From Vermamoeba vermiformis (taxonomy: Eukaryota), in assembly GCA_045837725.1 (NCBI GenBank), contig JBEWZL010000267.1:1-64000 (forward strand): 64,000 nucleotides of DNA, given 5' to 3'. The notes beneath the pieces were generated by a model that did not search any database, was not told where the DNA came from, and saw only the letters and a list, made by a program, of their open reading frames with translations. A program made the translations under genes and the position numbers. Of the stretch, positions 24,131-35,922 are shown one piece after another. Position 1 is the stretch's first letter. Each line of letters opens with the position of its first letter.

Positions 24131-24221
24131 CGTACTTTTGCTTCGTAGGCCTTAGTTTGTAATTACCATTTACGCAAATCAATACTCATTTTAATAATCG
24201 ACATTGTCAACTAAATAACAG

Positions 24222-24310
24222 AATTGGCCCTCGCTCACGAGAAACGATTGCTCCAAGAACTGCTCCCGCCTCATATTCTTCTGACCATGAACAACGAAGA
24301 ATACAAATAA
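24222..24310 (+). pseudogene. Orphan copy of the GSK3 terminal exon
   Basis: ELALAHEKRLLQELLPPHILLTMNNEEYK* is almost identical to 43280-43368. Confidence 0.9.
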
Positions 24311-24609
24311 GACCCCTGCTCCAGCTCTGTGAGAGCGAGTTAATTATTTAAACGCTTATGCAATATTTAAGAAGTTTGAAAGATCTCATCTTTTTTTTTT
24401 TTTTTTTTTTATCTATTTTTGCCCAACCAAATTATCTGTCAATGATTTGTTGCAACAGAACCAAATTAAACGTTCGCTTTCAATAACCAATCAACAACGC
24501 GTTAATTGCGTATGTAGGTTAACAGGACCTCAACCTACGTTAACTGAATACCAGATGTGATTTCCCTCATTTTGATATTGCCCTTTAGTGCGATTAGAAC
24601 TGCCAAAAA

Positions 24610-27600
24610 ATGGAGTCAGTAAGACGCCGAATAACAAAAAAGCCAAAGAAGCTCGATATTAAAGAGGAAATGAAGATCGCAGCCGGGAATAAAAATACAT
24701 CTGTCTCAAAACCAACCAAAAAAAGAAAATTGGAGGATTCCGATACTAATAATAATAACAGTAACAACAAAAAAAGAAAAACAGATAAATCAGGGCCGAA
24801 GAAATCAAGAGTTGCAAAAAGAGCGCCAAATCCGAAAACAAAGCCAGAGACAAAATATACAGCTTCGCAGCCTAACAACTATTATAATAAACAAGGAGGA
24901 TCCGATAAAAAGGATTCTACAGAAATAGCAGCCCAGAAATCCCGCCCGCCGAATCCGGATTTGCCAGAAAACGAAGCCAAAGAACCCAGTAAGTTTTCAA
25001 TCACACTTCTATCGGTGGTAAACTAACAAATATGAACGATGCCAGTGCCAAAGATCACGTTGGAAAACAAAGTCCTGACTGAACCCCTAAACTTCAGCGG
25101 TGCTCTTAGCAACCTAGAAAACTCAGTAGCGACCACGAGCGATGGTGAAAAGTAAGTCATCTGCACATGTACTTCCGCATTAATACCAATGCTTGGAAAG
25201 AGTAACGTTGCTAGAACTTTGTGAAGAGTTGAGTATACGTCCCATGGAGAACGGTATTCCAATGAATCTTAGCACCGTTCGGTTATTATGGAACGGAAAA
25301 ATGGAGAAGGGTGTGCTCCCCTTCGTCGAAAGTTTAATACCCAAACTGGTAACGACCGTACGTGTTATTAACCCAACTGCGAGGACGCTAACTTTAAACA
25401 GATCATGGAGTTCAAGCCGCACCAACAACAAGACACGTTTGCTGAACTACGCAAACCGATTGCCAGCAAAATTGCTGCGCACAATTCTGCCTTTGAAACG
25501 AATTTCAAACAGATTTTGCCCGATTTGGTCACCATTGTCGCATTCTGGGGACAAAAGCTAAAAATACGTTCCGACGCCTCAGAACAAGACTTCACGACCC
25601 TACTGTACGCCAGGCTATTCGAGCCGTTCTTTCAAGATCTCCCGTCAACACGATGCTCGGCCATGAGTCTTCCCGTCCCGTTTGAAAAGTTCAAACGTCA
25701 TCCTGACGCAAGCTCAGTTTGGAAAGACAAGGTTGAATTCGTCTACTTCATTCGGGAAGACTGTCCTGCCAAAGAAAGTAATGAGTATCACAAGCTCGTA
25801 CAACTGATGCGGTGTGCACTGCGGTTGCAACTCTTGCATTTACAACCATCAGAAGTACCGAGGACACTCTACTGCTTTGGCATTCTTACATCAGGCTACT
25901 TCGTACAACTACTGCAAATGCGAGTGGAACTTAATTCTGAAAAAGACTACGACAACCCACTCTACGAGCTCTGGGCCAAGTCCGAACTCGATCTTGCCGA
26001 ATTTGACGAAGCCTCTTTGACCAAGTTAATGACGTGGCTCATTGCTATTCGCACTTACCATTTCCATTTGAAAAACTTACTTAAGTCCTGGCCGGTAGTG
26101 ACAACCGCGCGTGAATGCCTGACAAGCAAAAGGTTCAACCATGCGAAAACTTCCACAACTTCACAAGGTGGAGGGAAATCCAAAAAGGATGATTGATCGG
26201 AAAATATTGAAGGAAGTTGGAGGATAGGGATAAGAAGAAAAAAAAAAGCCAAAGAAGAAGTCGATCAAGAAACGCTCGATGCGATTGTTTATGGTATCAA
26301 CAACAAAGAGTACGGTGTCCTACACGAGGTAAGCACTATGCGCTCAATGACAGTACTGGTGAGCTAACGGCCTTATTGTAGAATGCAAAGTACAACAAGC
26401 GAGTGCTTCTCGTGTGCACGACAGTCAAGCACATGAGACTGTTTGTCGTCAAGCTCTACGGTGCTGAATGTGACAACATGCACGAATTTGAAGTACTGAA
26501 AGTGCTTGGGCAACATCCAAACGTTTGCGAACTTCTCGCCGTTACTAAGCTCGAGAGTAAGTCTGGTATACGACATAATACGTATTATGAACTAATCATT
26601 TTAAACAGCTGGTGAACTTCTGACTGTACAACCGTACTACAGAGACAGCGATGATTGGTACAACGGCTACACGAAAAGAGAGATGTTTCCGTTAGTGTTT
26701 CTTCAGCTAGCAAAGGTTCGTGTCCCATCTATCCAAACAACAATACTAACAGCACCTATTAACAGGGTTTATCGCACGTGCACGATTGCGGTGTCATTCA
26801 TGGCGACATCAAGCCCTACAACTTCATGGTGGACTCGGATTGTAACACGCGCATCATCGACTTTGACTTCAGTGCTCGTGTGGACTCTGGTAAGCTCTCT
26901 TAAACGCTTTAAAAGGTCGTATATTAATTGATAATAGATGACATGGAGAGGCTTGGCGGAACAGAAGGCTATTACGCACCTGAGTGGTACGAGCGATACA
27001 AAAAAGAGACTGGAGATGCTCCGGTGACATTCAAGTTCGATATTTGGAGCTTGGCTATTACCATGTGCCAATACGTATGTTACAAATCATGCGTTCTAAA
27101 CTCTTAAAATCTAACTGGCATTACTTCAGGCTGGAGTTGAGTTCGATCAAATGGTAGATCCGCTCGAAAGACGTGCACAGATTCTTGAGGACATCAAATC
27201 TAAATCGTAAGATTATAATGCTGTACCATTGACGCTGTCAGTTGTTAACAGTGTTCTCGTTGACAGGTTCCTTTTGTGGCCAGTTGGCAGTTTGATCAAG
27301 CGAATGCTGGCAACTCATCCAGACGACAGACCAACTGCTTCAGAAGTGTTTGATGAGCTTGTGAAAGTGTACGGCGATTGTGGAATTGCTCGAAATGAAG
27401 TCAAAAGTGACCGAGCTGTTGTGCAACAGAACAAACTTCGTGAAGGTAAAGCAAGAATTGCTCAACAAGAGCCAGCAAACAAAACGTTGGAGACCAACAA
27501 TAGTCAAACTGCAAAGAAGCGTCAGTATGCGGATGATAACGATGAAAACAGAGACCAAAGCAATGGTCCAAAGATTAGACAACGAGTACCAGCAGCTGGC

Positions 27601-27666
27601 AAGAGAAACAAAGATGCCAAGAGCACTCGAGGTATTCTAAACGACATCACTAATGTTGTAAAATAA
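24610..27666 (+). pseudogene. REase-like nuclease-kinase fusion, copy B (in-frame TGA in linker)
   Basis: RHPDASS..IRED..YHKLVQLM..CFGILTSG; TGA at 26194-26196 is in frame with downstream KEEVDQETLD; kinase VVK, HGDIKPYN, DFD, YYAPE; tail RGILNDITN. Confidence 0.8.
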
Positions 27667-27851
27667 TGTTTTATGTTGTATATAATGTAAATATGTATCA
27701 TAGCTGCTTTGATTGACTTTATTTTTCCATATTGTACAAATATAAAGTCTAATTAATGACGAGATAACAGGTGTCGAAATATTATTTTAACGGATTTATA
27801 ACAACTTACAAGACTGTACATTACTATTCACAAATATTTACAAAACTATCG

Positions 27852-30698
27852 CTAAATTACTCGTCCTCGCGGGCCATGCCTGAATTCGTAGAATAACGGC
27901 TCTTGCAGTGCGTACGATGCGTCATAAACTAGACACAATTAACAAAATGGCTCGAACTAAGCTTGAAGCATGTTACCTTGCGTGACGTCCAACATTACAT
28001 GAACAAATGAAATTACTGCAGGACTAACGGGGAACAACGTTTGTGCAAGCTTTTCGTGCGTCATTTCAAGTAGTCTATCGTAGCCAACTTCACTCGGATC
28101 CACGCCGTAGATCTGCACATAAGTATTAGCAGCAGTCAAGAACGAAGTTAGGACCTTACCAGTTCGCACAACACGACACCAATATTGCAAAGATCATCGC
28201 GGAATCTCATTGGTTGATAATAATACTGCAAGAACCCTGGTGTTTGACCACGCCGATGAGTGCTAATGGCAACTCTTAGATAAAACAGGTACAAAATTAT
28301 AATACGTACTAATCTTTTTCAATAAGGATCTCTGATAATCCAAAATCGAGTAGCTTCACTTCGTTAAGCAGCTCATCGTACATGATATTCGATCGTTTAA
28401 TGTCGCCGTGAATGACATGGCACGCGTGCAACTTTTCAATCGCCTAAAGAAGCATTATTAAACGATAGAACCATTTTCAGCCATGAATACCTTTAATAAT
28501 GCGACGGTGAACGAGAGCAATGCACGCTCCGAGTTTATACGGAGCTTGTGCTGTCCTGTTAAACATTCAAGTACCAAACCTCGAATCATCTTCGTCTCAA
28601 ACCAGCGGACCAGCTTTGGTTTGCTTGAAAACGACAACTCTGCTAGTGTTAATGGTATATCAATTGAAATAACACGCTTACTTTCAAGCCATTCGTATAT
28701 CTTCTTTTCGTTCTCAAAATCCTCTTTGTTCGCGTACAATTTGACCACAACCGGACTCGAATCAGGCCCAATTGCTTTGACTACCAACGAATCGTCGTTG
28801 CTCTACGTAATTCGTTAATAAATATTTATATCTTCGCTAACTTACGTTTGGAAACTGCTCCACAAATGTCAAATCGAGCTGACTCAGCGCAACTTTCAGT
28901 TTGTTCAAATCGGACGCAAAAATGTCAACATTCGCGTTGTTATTGTTGTTGTTACTAGCGTTGCCTTGATTATTAGTGTTGTTATTATTGTTCGAGTTCG
29001 TTCGTTCTCCATTGCCAGTTGATGAGACGGCCTGTTCCACTTCGTCTTGGTCTGGTAGCGTCGAATAATACCATCTCAAATTCATATCCCTGCAAAGAAG
29101 AATTGATTAATGGATCTTTCTTAGCGACAAACAACTCAGGCTTGGAAATAGATCGCTTTTGGGTAATCCCTTGTTTCTTGCCTTCTTCGATTATATTTTG
29201 CATAGTTTTATGCTCTGACTGCTTCTCGTAACTTTTTTCTTTTTCGTTCGAGCGCAGGGCGTAAAATCTAAATTGTGGACCTGATGTCGTAATGCCAAAC
29301 ACGTAAGGGTTGTAACTCAACGCTTGAACAAAGCACTGCGATGCAACAGCCATTTCTCCTATCAACTTATCTCTGGAAGAATATTTCGGTCAGATCCGAT
29401 TTGACTTCAACTTGTAGTTCCACGCACCGGTCGTGCTCGACGTTGAGATCATCTGAGCCTTTAAACTCGGCGAGCAAATCGAGCATTAAAATATTAGAGT
29501 CTCCGCAGAGGTAGTCATATTGAGCAACGGGCAGCGTCTTGGCGTCGTAGACCAATTTGTTGAATAAAATTTTAGCTGGTCTTTTCTCCTTGCCTACTTG
29601 CGTGTACGATTTGACGAACATCCAGCCATCGCAAGCATCAGGCAAAATGCCCGAAGAATTGGACGAGAATAAATGTCGCGCTGTTGGTCCCAAAGTAATT
29701 TTGTCTGAGACTTGAAATTTCAGCAAGCTGGGAATAGAGTATTTTGAGTAAAATAACCGAACCATAAATGGTAATCATACCCTGATGGAACTGGTGCGAG
29801 ACAACATAGCGACAAAAGCGGCATGTAGAGGTTGACGTGCCAAAATATCTCCGCTCTCGGTTCCGTGAATACAGCTTCGAACTAATACAGTATTAATACT
29901 CCTTACTAGTAAGATACAGCTAGCTTACCTTCTTCCATAATTCAATGCCTTTACTAAGAAACGATTCAAATTCGGCATTGACGGTGTATCCAACAGCCTC
30001 CGAATCTCCGATCGCGCAATGTGGCAAACTTGCAAAAAGATCCGCGTGTTTCTAGGATACACTTAGTATTAATAGACAATAGAATTAAATTAGAAGCGTA
30101 CTTTGGCGAACTCTGCGCTGACCTTGAAGTCTTTGAGAATGATCCGTTGCAAAGTAATATCTAAATCCTGCTCGAACTCGTGTATTCTAATTTTCTCTTC
30201 CCGAAGAACTTTCGTTGATTGTTGCGTGGTACTCTGTTTTGGGTGCGGAGGCGCTGGTTGGCCTGAAAAATTAAATACGATTGTGTTTAATCACATTGGT
30301 CGGCTTTAATTATGAATAGTAATAAAATTTGAGCTCTTAACGTATTTTAAAATCAAAAAAATTATTTAGCCTTTGTTAGTAATAAAATACGATACCTTTC
30401 ATGTGTACTTCGAATTCATGAAGACCAGCGTTTAGTTCAATTTTTGAGTTTTGAAGATCTTGATCGGGATTTGACACCAAACAGAACTTGCGAATGTCTG
30501 TCAAATTGACCTCTCTTAATCCATCCAGTGATCTAATTACCATGCGCATGTCATACTCGCCCGGAACCACGTGGTCCTGGAGGGTTAGGACAAGATTCGA
30601 GTTCGCATCAAACACCAGAACCTTGGCCTTGCCTATTTTCGTGCGTTAGAAAATTATAAAATGCCGAATAACACATACTTACAATCAGTTAGTGCCAT
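27852..30698 (-). pseudogene. REase-like nuclease-kinase fusion, copy C (frameshifted)
   Basis: ATG 30698 MALTD; LPDACDGWMFV..QVEVKSD / (frameshift ~29390) RDKLIGEM..VFGITTSG; second apparent frame change ~29000-29090; kinase VVVK, HGDIKRSN, DFG. Confidence 0.75.
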
Positions 30699-30866
30699 GT
30701 TACATTTTACTCATTTTAAATCAAAAATAAAATAATTGCGCCAATTTGTGTTTTAAAATCTACGCAGTAACACGCGGCCGCAATAACATCTGAATGGTAG
30801 AATGAGTGAGTGTTATTTAGATGACGAGGAGCCCGACATACTAAACGACGTTCGTAGTTAATTCTT

Positions 30867-33055
30867 ATGGACAAAAAGCAAAAAGAGAAGGAAAAGAAGA
30901 AGGTTAAAGCGAAAGACAAACGCAAAAAGCCAAAAAAATCTAGTAAGTTGATATTATACGTAATTTAAAATTATGAAATTGGGTAAATATTAATTTTACA
31001 ATTTTGGAAGAATTAAAAGAAAAAGATCGAGGTGATCCAGCATCGGGCGGCCCCAGCCTTCATTGTAAGCTTCTAACTGCATTATAATTTAATAATGAGC
31101 ATTCTAGCTACCGATCAAACCCGGCTACAAGCACTAAGGAACAGCGTCGTTGCAGATGATACTAACCTCTACCTGTATAAGGCACAAGTATTGTATCCGC
31201 TTCGCATTCCAACAGAAGAGATAATGGACGAGATTCGCAAGAAATTGGAACGCACGCACCACTCCGATTTGCCATTTTTGAACATTCTCACTGAACTCTC
31301 TCTAAGAGCGACCGAGGAGTCACCTGATTATTGCTTGGAGTTTTTTTATGGCTTCTTTAAACACTGGCGCAAGATAATATACTACACGGACACAAAGAAC
31401 AAGTACAACGAATGGAGCCAGTTGATCACGTGCCTTGGCTTGGAGATGTTTTTCTACACGGACTTATTCTGCCCTTACCTACTGAGACCTTGCTTCAACG
31501 ATGATATGGACATATTTATCAAAGCAAATGCTTTCTTTTCAACTGTTAGGCCGGACATTAGCATCGGAGTTGCATTGCCCGACAAAATGCTCTGGATCTT
31601 GGCTGGCGAAGCGGCACGCCAAAATTACGAGCATTATTTGTTACACAAAGATGAAGGCAAACTTCGAGATTGTATGCGCGCTTGTATCGATGAACAGATC
31701 GAGCACTTGCCGTTGGAGTACTGTTGTGTGTTTGGTTTATTGCACGGTAGGACGTTTAATTTATCGATTCGAAGGGATTTTAATTCAAGTTTTAGGTGGT
31801 TCTTCGATAACAGTCTACATTATGCAGCCAGAGGCTACCGAAAACTCCGATCTGCTTTATTACAAGCGTCAAGTTGTCAAGGACCGACTACGTTTGACCG
31901 TTGCACAAGATTTGTTGGATTTTTTTAGTATAATGCAAGAAATAGAGCGACGTGCACGTTTAATGGTGGATAATTATGGCAAAAGAAACGAGCGTAATTA
32001 CAAGATTCCAGCACGTAATAATTTCATCGAAAAAGGGTCGAAAACACATTCCAAGAGCTCTTCAAAAAAGAGAAGGGGGGGCCGATCAAAACGAAAACAA
32101 TACCAATATCAAACCATCCAAGTCAAACAACGAACAAAACAAAGACACACTAGAATTAGAGGCCAAGTTGTTTTCACTACTGCCGGGAAGAGTCATTGAG
32201 TTAGGTTGGTCTTGGACTTTCATAGACGATAATTTCATTCGCGTTGGACAATACACTTTGGACAGCTCCGATCCAATTCACATTGCTTTGGTAGAAAAAA
32301 CATGTAGCCATGATAGAGAAACTATTTTCCTTAATACTTTGCGGCACAAGAACATTGTAACTTGCTACGGATCCTACGTGCGTACACAAAGTGATGGTAA
32401 GTTTCGGGTAGCATTGGAAGAGTATTATTAACTTTTTATGGCAGAACAAGGACGGATCAAATACATATTGATGCTTGAGCGATTAAAGCACATCGAAGCA
32501 GGCGATGACCCGAAGCGTTTTCTCCTACTAGCTCGCGATATTGCAAGTGGTCTAGCGTACCTTCACAGCTTAAACATCATGCATCGAGATCTCAAGCCGA
32601 AAAATATATTGCAAACACCATATCGAAATGGATGCGCTAAAATTGTGGATTTTGACTTAGCAAAAGAACTGAAGCACGAAAAAGGATTCAAAGCCTTTGG
32701 AGAAGGTGTTGGTACAACAGGATTTATTGCACCCGAAGTTTTAAAAGTTGACCCGAAAGTTGGCTACGATTTTAAGGCAGATATATATAGCTATGGAAAA
32801 ACATTGGAAAAGATATTTGGGGACAATGTAAGTTGCGCTTCCAAACATGTAGTTGCTGATTTTGTTCAGAGCAAGTTATATCACTCAACACTGGCAAAGC
32901 TTGTTGATGCGTGCATCAAAGTGGATCCAACACTTAGACCTAGTGCTCGTGCTATCGTAAAATATTTGACAAAGAAGATAGCAAAATACAGTGAAAGTAC
33001 TGTAGCGAGCAAAGCAGATGCCAGCATTGCAGAACCATCTTCTCGACAAACTTAA
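30867..33055 (+). pseudogene. REase-like nuclease-kinase fusion, copy D (frameshift in linker)
   Basis: Lys-rich exon 1 MDKKQKEKEKKK; VRPDISIG..ILAGEAA..HKDEGKLRDCM..VFGLLHG; frame change near AAAAAAGAGAAGGGGGG (~32064-32081); kinase HRDLKPKN, DFD, GTTGFIAPE. Confidence 0.75.
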
Positions 33056-33067
33056 ATTAATCATGTT

Positions 33068-33320
33068 TTAAACATTGTTCCCCCGTTATCCTGCAGTACT
33101 TTCGTCACTATCGGACGTCACGCAAGGTGCGTATCATGCTTCAAGCTTAGTTCGAGCCAATTGTTTAACTGATGTGTCCAGTTTATGATGCATCGTACGC
33201 ACTGCAAGAGCCGTTATTCTCCAAATTCACAGGCGTGGCCCGCGAGGACGAGTACTAATTTAACAGTTTTAATAAAGCCGTTGTTAAAGAAAATTATCTC
33301 GTCACTAGTTAGACGATAAT
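33068..33320 (+). pseudogene. Inverted remnant of the 3' end of a copy-C paralog
   Basis: Reverse complement of ~27745-28045, e.g. GCATCGTACGCACTGCAAGAGCCGTTATTCT, GGCCCGCGAGGACGAGTA and CATGCTTCAAGCTTAGTTCGAGCCA. Confidence 0.85.
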
Positions 33321-33363
33321 CGGACAGCCTAATCCGATTTATGTACGACAGCAGGTTCTTGGG

Positions 33364-35460
33364 TCAATCTAACCATTCATCAGTCCAATCTTCATCGTCC
33401 AATTCATTATCCCAAGTAGGAAACATAATACGACCGCCTGTCCAACCAGGTTGGTTGTCTATTGTCGGCAGTTTCCACGGGACAGGGCTAAACACGACGC
33501 ATCTACCCATTTGGACATAACTTTGTAGCGTTGCTTGGTCTTTCACTGTTAGCGCATTAGCACCGTCCAATTACTTGAGCTTGAAAAAACAAAACGTACC
33601 TCCATAGACATCTTTGTAACAGACGTTGCAGTGGCCCACACCCTCAGTTCGGGCACCTTCCAAACTCTGCCAAATTAACGGGCATTGAAAGTCAAACTCG
33701 CAGTTTTCTGCAATAAATACGATTAATATGCAGTAACAAAAAATAATAAGCTTTAATGATCCCAACATTACCTATTGGATGACTCGGCTTTTGCTTGGCC
33801 TCTTTCAACGCTTGCTTTCTTTTGCGATAAAACTGTTTCCAGTCGCGTATTTTTGCTCGAGGATTTTGATATCGCCAGCGGTGTACAAATGCATCGCGCC
33901 ACAAGTTGTTATCGCTCAGTAAATCTCTCCAAGTTTTGCACACCTAATTGACGTTAATCTATTTGTAGGTATCATATTAATTGTCGTCGTACTAATTGTA
34001 ATTGAGCGAATACCGGGAGTGGAGTTCTCGCCATACATTGAAGGAACAACTCCATGACTTCATCTGGCAATAATTCGAAGTAATTAACGAAATCATTTCG
34101 ATAATCAGGCACTGATTTTAAGTCGAATTTGAACGATCCTTTGAAGTTCGTTTTGAAATGTACGAGCGACTCTTTCGTGAAACAAATTCCAGGATAACAA
34201 TTCATGCCGTTATGAACGGCCAACCGCTTATCTAACAATTAAATAAGTAAACCTGTACTAGTACTATTATTATTCTTGCTGCGTACCGAGAATTTTGCCA
34301 TTTAGCGTAAAATAGACTTGTCGCTGAGAATAATTGTCTAATAAGATACCACAGCCAACAGTATCACCTTAAGAATTATCATTATTATAAATATAATACT
34401 AGCATGGAATTTACTCACCTTGATGAAATTCTATTGCGTTTCGTTCGACGCGGACGTTTTTACGGATCTGATCAAAGAGATAAAATTAAGTATTATATGA
34501 ACAAATATTATTATGCTACTTACTTCACCGTTGTTATAATATGCAAATGAGTTTTGTTGATTTCCCAGCAATGCGTGCGAAGTAAATATTTCGTTGCCGA
34601 TTCCAATGCCCACTACAGCTTCAGAATTGAACGATAAAAATTCAACTTCAAAGTACGCGTTATCAACTGGCTTAAGTGATATTTGACTGAGGTCCCAATA
34701 TCCTTCGGTAATGAGGCTGACGTTGGCAGGCAACTTGAGATCCGGCTTCATCGAAATTTCTTGCTTCGATTCATCGACGTGCAAAAGTTCACTGAAATAC
34801 TTCAAATCTAACGCTTCATCGCCGCACGTGTTCAGTGCTTTGAAACATTGTGCGCACTCGATGTAGTCCAAACACTCGAGGCAATGAAACGTCGTTCTGT
34901 TGAACTGGTCTTCCTCGCCGCAGACGTTATTGCATTTGCTGCAATTGAAACTTTTTTCGGTTAATTTCTTCGCTGGTGGCTCGTCGAATCGATAAAGCAC
35001 GTGCTTGTGTGAATCGGATCGAACAGATCTGCTCAACATCGAGTCCACTCGTCTGTAACACTCGTAGCAAAGCATATCGTGATTAGCGCAAAGTTCGCAA
35101 GTAAAACTGCCTATTATAAAATAATAAAATAAATTATTTAATTGAAATTTGACTCGATCCGACTTACGTTGATCTACTCGATTATGTATAACAGTTGAGC
35201 ATGCTTTGCAAGTGCCTTGTCCATAATCGAGCATTTTTAGCGGATGCGCGTGCCTTCGGCGGGTAAGATCTCGCACCAAATAAAAATTGATCAACTTCAC
35301 CCACTGACGAGCATTCTACAGGTTTGGTCAGTATAATATTTAATATTTAATCGCAATAAGTAATATTGCTTCGCACCTCTCCGGTTACAATTGTGAACTG
35401 GCAAGAATCTGCGTGCTGGATGTGAAAGCCTGTCGATTGGTGGTTCAAAATAATAGCCAT
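33364..35460 (-). CDS. Cys-rich zinc finger (ZZ/C1-like) + SPRY + F-box protein
   Basis: HAHPL..CKAC..FTCELC..CYEC and FHCLECLDYIECAQCF; AYFEVEF..VVGIGI..SFAYYNNG, GDTVGCGI (SPRY); LLPDEVMELFL..VCKTWRDLLSDNNLW (F-box). Confidence 0.8.
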
Positions 35461-35922
35461 TGAGTGGGTAAATTGTATTCTTATTTTCTGCGCGAAGTAG
35501 TAGTCAGAATGAGTCAGTTAATTAAGTAGGTAATTATTCGATCTGGACAATTGTAATTAAATTAATTTAATATCTTACCATTTTATTTTCAGTAATTATG
35601 ACTAGCTTGTTTTTGTAAAGCTTAATCTTGCCTTCAGCGATCTCATTGTTGTTATTGCTGAATTCTACTCGCTGCCGCGCTATCGCCTTTGACATGGTGC
35701 TTAACCTTGTTATAAATCTCTACACACTAGAAGTAATTGAGAGATTCGGTTATCGTTGTCTCATTACTTAAAAATTCCAAAATAATGAAATTTCTCCAGG
35801 CCAATATTTAAAAACAGCTTTTTACACTTTACACAAATAATACAAAACACTATTTTCACCACTTGTTCGTTCGAACTACCGCCTCGGCCATTCCTCTAGT
35901 ACTCCGATCTCTAAATCTTACT

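Larger units (their letters stand above)
24168..27713 (+). repeat. ~3.5-kb direct segmental duplication of ~43213-46855
   Basis: Colinear high similarity from AATACTCATTTTAATAATCGACATTGTC to ATGTATCATAGCTGCTTT, covering the last GSK3 exon and a whole nuclease-kinase gene. Confidence 0.95.
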
